A stretch of DNA of 64,000 bases from Diadema antillarum (Eukaryota). This document shows, piece by piece, positions 9,559 to 19,365 of the stretch. The notes below the pieces were generated by a model, which searched no databases, was not told where the DNA came from, and worked only from the letters and a program-made list of their open reading frames with translations. The position numbers and the translations under genes are program-made. Every line of letters begins with the position of its first letter. Position 1 is the first letter of the stretch. Location of the stretch: positions 806,001-870,000 of the forward strand of contig NW_027270915.1 of NCBI RefSeq assembly GCF_040938485.1, read 5' to 3'.

Positions 9559-12500
9559 GGATAACCAATAAGTCCAAAAACTTTATATCTGCGCAGGTCA
9601 TTCAATAATGTTCTTCTTTATATATTGATAGGATATCAGTGAAATGTGAAACATTCTTCTGCCAAGTGTTTAATATAGACCCGTGTACTGCTGTATAATT
9701 CCAAGGTTATATCAATGAAATATATCATGGTGACGAGTTGGACACTTAGGATATATGAAATATTTATACTCTGCCTCCCTCTGCTTTATTTCTGATGAAT
9801 TGCATCTTTCTTTCAATAGGTATCCATGAAATATACTATGGTGACGAGTTGGACAGCTTCTTAGAATAGATGAAATAGTTACTGTGCCTCAGACCGCCTA
9901 ATTTCTGATGAATTTTTTTTTTTTTTTGACAGGATTTACATCTGTAGATGCAGCTCGCATCTTTGACAAGTTGATGATGCGTCTTGGGTTCAAGGAGTAT
10001 TATCTCCAGGGAGGCGACATGGGAATGATGATTGGTATCAACATGGCCGTTATGTTTCCTAGGTAACTAATTTTACACGGTTTCTGAATTTTTTCTCTTT
10101 TTTCTCCGTTTTGCCTTCGTGGTCACATGTCATATCCCAGAGAGCCAAGATTAACATTTGCTTGATTACCCATCATCGAAGTGACGTTACTTTATTGCAA
10201 TCATCTATTTATCATTTTATCACTACACAAAAAGTATGACATGGCATTTCAATGAAGTTATAATATTCCATATTGAGGTAGACCAGTTCTACAGTTATCA
10301 AAGGTCAGGGGTCGTCTTTCTAAGACAGCTGTAAATGTTTTTCGATATGTGATATTGATTTTACTTACTTTTCCTTAAATATTTTGCAAAACTGTTGGAA
10401 ATTTTCTAGTGACCATGCTATGAGTATACTGGATCAAGCGTTAGGGAGAAACTTTGTAGATAAGCAGCTTCAGTAGTGAAGCATGCGATTGAGTGGGATA
10501 TGAAGTCGTTGAAAACGTTATGGAGACACAAATTGCCTCCCAAAGGTCGTGCGTCTCCATAATAAAGTAATCATACATACATACAGTATAGGGCCTGTAT
10601 ATAATTATGTATATTGATTGCAGCATGGTCAGAGTTAAGGTTAACAGGTTAAAGGTCATATACAAGGTCATTCATACATACAGATACGTGTATCCATACC
10701 GTATTGAATATCAAAGTAAATCAAGAAGCTCGATTTTTCTGTAAAGATCATCACAAATGTTACGTGATTCACGCCCTCTGTGTCATATTTACAGCCATGT
10801 CAAAGGTCTCCATAACAACGATGTCCTCCAGGTGAGTGGGATGGCGTTGGTCTACCCATTTGTAGCCAATATCTGGCCGTCTTTCTTCCTCCCCGACGAG
10901 AGGGAGCAGAAGGCCTTACTTCCTCCGGGAGAACGCCTCCTCTTCGTCCTTGAGGAGTCCGGCGTCTTCTACCAGCATGCAACAAAACCGGACTCCGTCG
11001 GTGAGTCCTCTTCACTTTCAAGCCTTAATGACGAGGTTCCGTGACGTCAAATGACGCGTTGTTTGAGGAGCAAAACTAACACTTGTGTAGGGCCTATCAA
11101 GCGCATTGCTCATTACATAGCGCGCGATACGCGTATACCGCATACCACCGGATACCCACCTGCCTATCATAAACGTGAGATTGAACGCTTTCATACGCGC
11201 TTGCCCTCGCGCATGGCTTGATGACGTCATTGGAATCTCGTCTTTTAAACCATGTGACCGTCCTGTAGCCAAAGATAATCCTGGAACAGTGAATTAAAAA
11301 AAAAAAATCAGCAGTAACACCACTGGAGATAGATCAGGGGGGTGTTTCATCAACGAGTTCGTCGGAGGTTTTCACCGACAAATTTGAAAAGCTACTGAAA
11401 TCCTTGCGTCTGATTGGCTGATTGCAAATTTGTCGGTGAAAACCTCCGACGAACTCGTTGATGAAACGCCCCCCAGAGGTTATCACTTATTGCTGGTTTC
11501 ATTCCTGTGAGTTTATTCCTCATTCCCTACAGCTGCGGCTCTCCAAGATTCTCCCATGGGGCTGGCGTCGTACATCCTGGAAAAATATTCCGGATGGTCC
11601 AACAGAAATTGGCGGGACCTGCCCGATGGCGGACTGACCAAGGAATGGACACTGGACGAACTCTTGACCAATGTGATGATCTACTGGGTCAACAACAGTA
11701 TTGGAAATACGCTGCGAATGTTGAAAGAGGACGTGTTACAATTCAGTAGTAACTACATAAATACGTAAGTATTCTGTTTCCTGTCTATTCTTAGATGGCT
11801 AGGAGTATCAAAATATATGTGATCAGAATAATTGAAGAGCTTGCAACCAAAAGGCGCTAAATCCATTGAAAAATGATGGATATAGCGCCTTTTGGAAGCA
11901 AGCTCTTTCCAACCATGTAAAGGAGAAATGCAGATTATCGTTTGGGGGAATTTGGATAATAGCATGAAGATATTCAGAAAAAATGCAAATATTGCCCTTT
12001 TTGAAAAGTATGCATTGATATGCAGAACCGAAGCGAGAAGAGCACAAAATGCATCTTACACCATTAAATTCTGTATGCTTATGAGAAAATAAAGTACAAA
12101 AGATGTTTGTTTATCCGAAAATCAAACAAGCTTCGTTATTCTAAAGGTTCGTTCTATTCGAGAATTACAAATTCCCTGATATAGCCTACGACATGTGCGT
12201 TAAGCCGAAAACAAAAGATTGTTTGTTTAGTATTTGTGGCGTCATTCCGAAGGTTCGTTATTTTGAAGTTTATCAAATAGAAAATAAAATAAGTCTCGTA
12301 TATCCACCAACGAATCTTCGGAATTACGAACCCTATTTCATTTTCGGATTAACGAATCGTCGTATGAACGGACGTTATTTCATTTTCGGGTTAATAAATC
12401 GACGGAATAATGAACCTCATTTCATTTTAGGCTTAACAAACCTTTGGAATAACGAACCGTCGGAACATCGAACTGTATTAACAGGCGGTTTAATACAGTT

Positions 12501-13126
12501 CGATATTCCGACGGTACGTTATTCCAAAGATTTGTTAGTGGGCCCACATCCTTGATTGACAACACCTTCTAGCAAATCACACATAGTCAATATATCATAT
12601 AATTTGTCTTATGTTTTTGTTTTGTTTTGTTTTGTTTTGTTATGTTTCTTTTTTTGTTGGTTTTCTGTCCATGTCTACACTTTGTACCTTAAAAATCAAT
12701 TATTTTGTGAATACTCGTACATAAGGGGGCTTACTTTACAAGGCATTTTTTGGCTTTATTCGAGTTCTCTTTTTTTTTTCATTTTCACAGATATTTATGC
12801 AAAATGATTGATTATCTTTTTGTTCTGTATCGTAAAATTCAATACAGTTGTATTGTTTTATCAGAAAATGAGATGTATAAACCAATGAATTGAATTGAAT
12901 TATGACTTGGCCATCCCGTCACAGGCATTCCACTAGCGTTCCATACGGGCATACCGTTGCGCCCGAGGACTTCCTCGGGTCGGCTGAATGGCTGATGAAG
13001 CCGTTCCACCCTGGACTCATTCATTTCACCTACCTGCCCAAAGGGGGCCACTTTCCCGCCTTCCAGGTGCCCGAGCTGCTGGCGAAGGATGTGCGGGAGT
13101 TCGTTCGGAAGGTGGAAGCCCTCTAG
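4617..13126 (+). CDS. EPHX1: Microsomal epoxide hydrolase-like paralog A (7 coding exons, 459 aa), non-canonical active site
   Basis: Exons 4617-4942, 5581-5749, 8546-8660, 9933-10062, 10795-11000, 11533-11764 and 12925-13126 sum to 1380 nt, all GT-AG and in frame. Shows an N-terminal TM anchor, GWWGPG, HGWP, SIPGYGFS, QGGD, TKPD and GGHF. Confidence 0.95.
5581..5749 (+). CDS. EPHX1: EPHX1-like A exon 2
   Basis: WRDAEKKLNKFDHFLTNIEGIDVHFIH...HGWPSSFYDFNK; 169 nt. Confidence 0.95.
8546..8660 (+). CDS. EPHX1: EPHX1-like A exon 3
   Basis: IIPMLSDPLNHGGSAEDVFEVICPSIPGYGFSEPPHKQ; 115 nt. Confidence 0.95.
9706..9932 (+). repeat. Tandem duplication (114 + 113 bp) of the 3' end of intron 3 of A
   Basis: Both units contain atgaaatat...atggtgacgagttggaca...atttctgatgaatt, then a pyrimidine tract and AG. 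Confidence 0.8.
9933..10062 (+). CDS. EPHX1: EPHX1-like A exon 4 (nucleophile Asp codon 10016-10018)
   Basis: FTSVDAARIFDKLMMRLGFKEYYLQGGDMGMMIGINMAVMFP; 130 nt. Confidence 0.95.
10795..11000 (+). CDS. EPHX1: EPHX1-like A exon 5
   Basis: HVKGLHNNDVLQ...EESGVFYQHATKPDSV; 206 nt. Confidence 0.95.
11337..11474. mobile_element. Palindromic MITE (50-bp arms, 38-bp spacer) in intron 5 of A
   Basis: ggggggtgtttcatcaacgagttcgtcggaggttttcaccgacaaatttg is mirrored at 11425-11474 with one mismatch. Confidence 0.75.
11533..11764 (+). CDS. EPHX1: EPHX1-like A exon 6
   Basis: ALQDSPMGLASYILEKYSGW...LLTNVMIYWVNNSIGNTLRMLKED; 232 nt. Confidence 0.95.
12433..12537. repeat. Near-perfect hairpin formed by two facing transposon-like ends, preceded by ~50-bp subrepeats (about 12310-12470)
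   Basis: ...ggaataacgaaccgtcggaacatcgaactgtattaa / caggcggt / ttaatacagttcgatattccgacggtacgttattcc... Confidence 0.7.
12925..13126 (+). CDS. EPHX1: EPHX1-like A exon 7 (acid Asp 12968-12970, His 13049-13051, stop TAG)
   Basis: HSTSVPYGHTVAPEDFLGSAEW...KGGHFPAFQVPELLAKDVREFVRKVEAL*; 202 nt. Confidence 0.95.
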
Positions 13127-13298
13127 ATCTGAATGAGGGAAAGATAGGGGTGAGGGGGGGGGGGGTACATCTATTCCTTGCCCCCTCTCCCGCAACCCCT
13201 GTGGCGGGCAAGAGGGCAATGGCAGGCCCGTAGCCAGGATTTTTCAAGGGGGGGTGCGGTCACTAAAAAAACGGACCTTCGGTACCAATACCAATGAT

Positions 13299-13375
<77 letters not shown>

Positions 13376-14572
13376 TTTGGACGACCGAACTACAAAAGTT
13401 GTATAAGAATTTGCGCGCGAAGCGCGCCGCAAATTGTGAATTTTGACTGTTTTAATGACGTTTTAAAGTCTCGAGGAAATTTGTATTTTTGTCTGTTGCA
13501 TGCAATCGCGTTACGGTATTTCATCTAGGAAATAGTAAAAACTCATTTTGCCAGGAAGTTGCAAAGTTTAATTGTGTTCGAGACTCTGCGCGCGTAGCGC
13601 GCCGCAAAATTGAGAATAGTGATTTTCCTGGTGTTGTTTTAACTTTTATTTTTTCTATTGTATACCCGCGTTAGCAGGCCTGAAGCCAGGATTTTTAAAG
13701 GAAGGGGGGATTGCGTTAATTAACAAAACGGTCCTTTGATACTGTCCCGGGAGGGGTAGCGACAATTAAAAGGTGGACACCATGCTCATACATGGACTTT
13801 CAAAATGGCCCCTAAACGAGTAATGATCATATGATTTTTTCGGGCCTTAAAAACAAGTATTCCTTAAATGTTTCCTGCACCCTAAAGAAGTACTTCATCA
13901 TGATTGAACAATATACCATTTTCCCAAATTTCGGCCTTTTTGATACCCTTTGATTATATACGCTCGTACATCACACTTCCATCTAATCCGTGAGAAAAAA
14001 CGACCCCTATTACGCGTTTTCTTTAGCGAGTATGGTCACGGTGTCCACCTTTCAGTCGGAGTTTTCCATCCCATTGGATGCTGTTTGGAAGATGAAACAT
14101 TCACTTTACTATACAGTATATCAGCCGTTGGTATGCGAGTTTGTCAAAAACGAAAATAAATAAGAAAATTTTTAAAACAAAATGAATTGTAAATGTGAAC
14201 CATTTATATTTTGCCTCCTTGTGGTAGGATATTTCCAGCATTTCCGAACTTTCAAATAATCATTTTAGATTTAATAATATCAAAGGTAGTAGATCCGATT
14301 CGCAAACATCTCCAATATCAGTCAAATGTCATATTAACCATCATGCTAAGAAGGTTTTCTTTTTGAAATTTGGAGGTCAGTGAAATTCAAAAATTAAACA
14401 TCCGTTAGCCATTGGAAGAAGTTGAGTGCAAATTTAGACCTCAGGCTTAGTGCTCAGATGTTTTCCTATTTGATTTGATCTGTCTTACTGTGCACACTAA
14501 GATACATACTGGAATGGTTATTTCTTATTTATTAAATTATAGTAGCATATTTGGTTACTAGCTGTCTGTAGG

Positions 14573-15545
14573 CATTTTCGAATTTGGGCTGCAAAGAGAT
14601 CCACTACCTTTAAGTTAGAAGAGAGATAAGTAAATAATGATAAAATAAACAAACAAAAAAGAATGAGTTTCTTTTGTAATACTATCTGACAAACTTTTTA
14701 CTTTACCATTTTACTTCATAGCTCAGCACTTTCCATTCTCTCTCATACCCTCTTACCCATTACATTTAAATGAAATACAACTAAAATGAGTTTGCGTGCC
14801 TGCATAATACTCTTTGGAAATTATAAGTGAAAATGTTCTTAGGTTTTGGCTCACTTTAAAATGAGAACCAATAGAACTGTATGAAATGTAGAAATGTATA
14901 AGTAATAATCAACACTACATTTCCGAATTTGGCCTGCAAAGAAATCCGCTACCTGTAAGTTAGAAAAGAGATTAGTAAATAATGATAAAATAAACAACAA
15001 AAAAGAATGAGTTTCTACCGCCGTATCCAGAACAGATCCTGAAACGGTGCAGGCTCAAGAAATCGTTTGTACTAATACGTCTTGAAGTACTGTGTGATAC
15101 TGTTGACTCAGACTTCTGCAAAGCTGTAAGTGAGAATTTTAACCCAATCCGGCTCATTACCTGTGTTTTTTATGAAAAATATGAATAAAGAATGTAGATT
15201 AAATAACGACGCGTCACAATGCAGTCTAACGATCTCACAATGTTATCATACATAGGGTTTTTCCCTGACTGTTTTTACTCCGGAGCTCTTGCAATATTCA
15301 GGCTTTTGTAATACTATCTGACAAACTTTTTACTTTACCATTTTACTTCATAGCTCAGCATTCTCTCTCATACCCTCTTACCCATTACATTTAGATGAAA
15401 TACAACTAAATTGAGTTTGCGTGCCTGCATAATACTCTTTGGAAATTATAAGTGAGAATGTTCTTAGGTTTTGGCTCACTTCAAAATGAGAACCAATCGA
15501 ACTGTCACAACATGAGAAAATGTATACCTAACTAATAATCAACAA
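14573..15545. repeat. ~345-bp tandem duplication inside the hAT element; the second copy is interrupted by a ~286-bp insert (15017-15302)
   Basis: The catttYcgaatttgg...gaatgagtttct block occurs at 14573 and 14918. The ttttgtaatactatctgacaaac block occurs at about 14672 and 15304. Confidence 0.75.
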
Positions 15546-15671
15546 TATATTGAGACAGGCAAGTAATCATCCAAAATAGAAAATGATGATTACATAACAG
15601 GAGTTAGAGGGGAGCATTTGCAGGTCCTTTGAATGTGCACTTGTGCAGTGTGATCTTCGCTTAGTCTTTTT

Positions 15672-15797
15672 CTAGTCTTTAAGCATTGTTTGAAGTTCCA
15701 GTCTTCTGGGATGCTTTCTGGCGAACAATTTCACCACCCTCTCGTTATCAACGTCAAAGTTGTAATGGATATGCATGAGTGCAATCGGGTTAAATCT
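15672..15797 (-). pseudogene. C-terminal fragment of a hAT-family (PRKRIR/THAP12-like) transposase
   Basis: Manual translation gives RFNPIALMHIHYNFDVDNERVVKLFARKHPRRLELQTMLKD*, matching the RLNxLALMHIH...FARKHPRRL ending of hAT dimerisation domains. No upstream in-frame continuation. Confidence 0.75.
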
Positions 15798-18049
15798 ACA
15801 GTTGAAATGATATAGTCTATGACCTTATCATTCCTTTACAACATTATTTCAGTTGATTACCTGTGTACAACACGTGTATATAAGCGCCCGATTGCAGACA
15901 GCAGGTGGCAAGGTGACCGTTGCAACTAACCACCTCCGAAGGAAATGCACCAGTCCGACTACAGCCATCATCGAAAAATGAGAATTGGAATGTGGAATGT
16001 ATTTGGTCGTTTTTGCTCCCAAACTTAACAGTTATGTTGTCAATAAGGCTGCTACGTATCTAGATAATGTCTCACATACAACTGTATCTGGATATTGCGT
16101 TGAAAATGATATTTGGCGAGAAACAAAAGCTTGAAATCACAGGAATTCACACTGCTGACAACGGCAGACAGTGAAGGTCAACGGCTCAAATTTTCGTTGG
16201 TAGTCTCGCCACGTGATAGTTCTGTATGGATTGTACACGTTCCCTATGACAGCAATTGTGAATGGGTAGTCTAGCCAAGGAGGGTACCTCCTTGGTCTAG
16301 CTTTACGGCAAATTTGCGTCAGGACTGCTCAACCAATGGACAAGATTCTTATGTCACAAAAATGGGCAGAACCTCTACTTTCTGAAACCGTGCGCCCCAA
16401 GTTTGTGCGATCTTCCGTTCTCGAGATATCCCGTCTGGAAGAATTGCAAGACGGCAAAATAGCTCAAATTCGTCAAATTTGGACTGTTCGCCATAGACAA
16501 TTCTACTCATAAGGTACTTTTCTGATCTAATTTGCGTCACTGCTACAAATGTTACAATAAAGATATACACACATAAATAATCCTTAAGTGTCCACTTTCA
16601 GAATCCGGGCGCCCCAAGTTTGCTTCTTAAACAGTTCAAAAGTTATGGCAGATTTTGTGGAAAAATGCGTCGATTTTTGACCCGTTTTACGTGTTGTAGC
16701 GTTCGCGCGGAAGCGCGGCTTCGCAGATGACCGAAAGTTTTCAATATGTAATAGCTCGCACAAATTGATACATAATATTTGTGTTTGTGTGCATGGGGGC
16801 GATCCGATGGTTCATACAACAAAAGGGTTTCGTACAATTATTTTTAACATTGTTAAACGTACTCTTCCACATTTACGTAGCATATAATGTGTCTTTATAT
16901 TTATTTGGATTGTTATCTTGAGAATTGCTAAAAACCGTTATTATGAAAAAGTGGACCTTTCAGAATTTTGGGGGGTGCGTACGCACCCGACGCACCCCCC
17001 CCCCCCCCCCCCCCTGGCTACGGGCCTGAATGGGCAATCAAGAGTAGAAATTAGTCTGTCCTTTCTTTCTTTTTTAGTAATACCATGTTCTGCTAATTTT
17101 GTCTTTTGTTATTTTTCCCATATTTCTTCTTAATTCCTGGATTTAGTATTCAAGGAAAGAAGGCACTTTTCTTTACTGAGCATATGTAAATGCTTTATCT
17201 GCTGTCTCGATATACACTATGTTAATTCTCAGTATATTGTTAATTTATTATTTTGAACTTTGTTTTATGATGTTTTATGAACAACAGAACAACAACAACA
17301 ACAACAACAATAAACATATTATGCAATTTGCCTATCTATATGCGCGCCCGTTTTGGTATTGGCGATGTATGAATTATTGGTAATATAGCACATCAGCAAG
17401 ATGAAGCATCTGTCGTTACGTTATAATATCATGGTTATTTGGTGGCTAACATGAACAAATATTGCAATCATTGTCTGCTGCACCGATTTTCCTTAACATT
17501 ACACTGGTTCGGGAATGCTATATAGTTGTACACGAAGCCCTTATTGCCTAAAATTGTTGTCCTTGTTCCTTTGTTTCACCTCACGAACTATATTGCAGTG
17601 TAGAATTTTCAATGTTGTTTGGGGCTTCTCTGCAACGAAAATTACAGAAACGTAGTATCTTTTTTTATTATTGAATTACTGAAGCTGCACCGGTCTTAAT
17701 ACATTGTACCCTCGAGACTCAGTGGAGCGAGTTAAAATACATCTATTTTCATATTTCATTTTATAGTGATGTAATACAATGATGACTACAGAGAGGACAA
17801 ACAAACAAGATACAAAAAATAATAATGGTACGGTGGATCATGACTAGAAAGTGTGTCAGCATACAAGATCTAGATAAAAAAACTTTTTTCAATAAGATGT
17901 GAAAAATCGAGGAACCGCAAAAGCATAGCTTGTAACTCAACTGCGGGTTCACCTTTATGTAGTCGTCTGATAACGAATTCTAGCCCCCACCAAACCTTTA
18001 TCTTTTGAGATGAAACTCTACCAGTTCGAGAATTTATTTCTCTTGAGAG

Positions 18050-18255
18050 TGTAATATTTATGTTCAATTTTTGTAACAACATTCTTCCTGGAGCCTTTTA
18101 TGATAATTTCACTCTGAATTGTACTATTCATGATTATACTTAAATTGGAATTTTATAAGTGTCATTATGCCTTGGAATGTAAATAAAATAAATGAATGAA
18201 TGACTGACTGACTTAGGGAATGAATGAACGAACGAATGAATGAATGAATGAATGA
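18050..18255 (+). mobile_element. CR1/L2-type LINE 3' remnant with a (GAAT)n tail
   Basis: Translates to IFMFNFCNNILPGAFYDNFTLNCTIHDYT*, like the other LINE C-terminal fragments here, followed by aaataaaataaa and (tgaa)n. Confidence 0.55.
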
Positions 18256-18493
18256 AATTGAGAAGTATTCGGAAAGTATTCAGAGTTCATCAGAGGATAT
18301 AACTGTTACTGATATAAAAATTGCCTCCTTTTGAAAATAATGAAGTTTTTGTCTATATAGAAAGTGAGAGAACGCGTGCGGACTAGTTTTGACTGCCACT
18401 GTAATGTATACATGTGCTATCTGGAATGGATTTTTCTTTTCTCAGAAGCTGAAATATTTGTCATTTTGAATATTATGATCCTGTTCATAAGTT

Positions 18494-18530
<37 letters not shown>

Positions 18531-18632
18531 ATAGTGTTCATGTGTGTGTGCGTGCTATAGTATGAATGCTTTCACCTTTTAGAGGACTAACCAGTGCTTC
18601 CTACATAATTGACAAAGTTATGAAGTTGTTTT

Positions 18633-18669
<37 letters not shown>

Positions 18670-18981
18670 CGTGTCCAATGTCAAGACATAAGACATTGAC
18701 GCACACTAAAAGACATATCACTTTCACATAACTCACACGCATTATGCAGAAACAAAGGATTCTCAAGGCCGTAAGTTCACTAGCTATGGGTAAGTATACC
18801 TATTCATCCTGATGCTTAACTTTCCCAGGTGCAGTTGTGCCTGTGATGATCATGATTTAAAGCTATTAAAGTAAAGTACAAATGTTTGTAAGAATGAAAG
18901 TATAATTATTATAAAACAAACAACGCATACCTTGCAGAAAATGACATTAAGAAGTAAATAAAGCGATGGAAATGAGTTTAA

Positions 18982-19365
18982 AGGGACTGTAGCAGTACTG
19001 GTTGAGGTGGGGATTCATGTTTTGAACATTCCAAAGTGAGATAATGAAAAGCCTCTTATGAAATATGAAAGAGCATGTAATTTTATGAAGGATTCAACGT
19101 TTATTTGATGAAAATTGATTTTCAAATGGATGAGATATCCAAAAAAGTGCTAATAACAAAAGGCGACATGCCACAACTTTATTAGGATCTCTTTCTTTCA
19201 CCTTGTTTTTGGATATCTCAGCCATTTCAAAACCGATTTTTATCGAATAAACTTTTGATACCCCTTAGAACTGCATGCTCTTTGACATCTCATAGAGTGG
19301 TTTCTGAACACCTCGCAAAACGTTAAAAGCTAAATCCTCACCACGACCAGAACTGTACACACCCT
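18982..19365. mobile_element. Kolobok-like MITE (TTAA TSD, AGGG termini); related fragments near 6230-6420 and 35015-35260
   Basis: TTAA|AGGGACTGTAGCAGTACTGGTTGAGGTG ... CACCACGACCAGAACTGTACACACCCT|TTAA. Confidence 0.6.

Larger units (their letters stand above)
13223..17028. mobile_element. 3.8-kb non-autonomous hAT-related DNA transposon with 16-bp perfect TIRs and a 5-bp TSD
   Basis: CAGGCCCGTAGCCAGG at 13223 and CCTGGCTACGGGCCTG ending at 17028. AATGG lies immediately on both sides. Contains a hAT transposase C-terminal remnant. Confidence 0.8.

Noticed and set aside
4617-13126. A (and B) as pseudogenes because of active-site losses
   Set aside because: There are no stops or frameshifts in 459 codons, all splice sites are intact, the triad is retained, and the remodelled motifs are shared by both genes.
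15978-16030. MRIGMWNV, resembling the start of a LINE apurinic endonuclease (MRIGTWNV)
   Set aside because: Only eight residues match before similarity is lost and a stop follows, which is too little to call.
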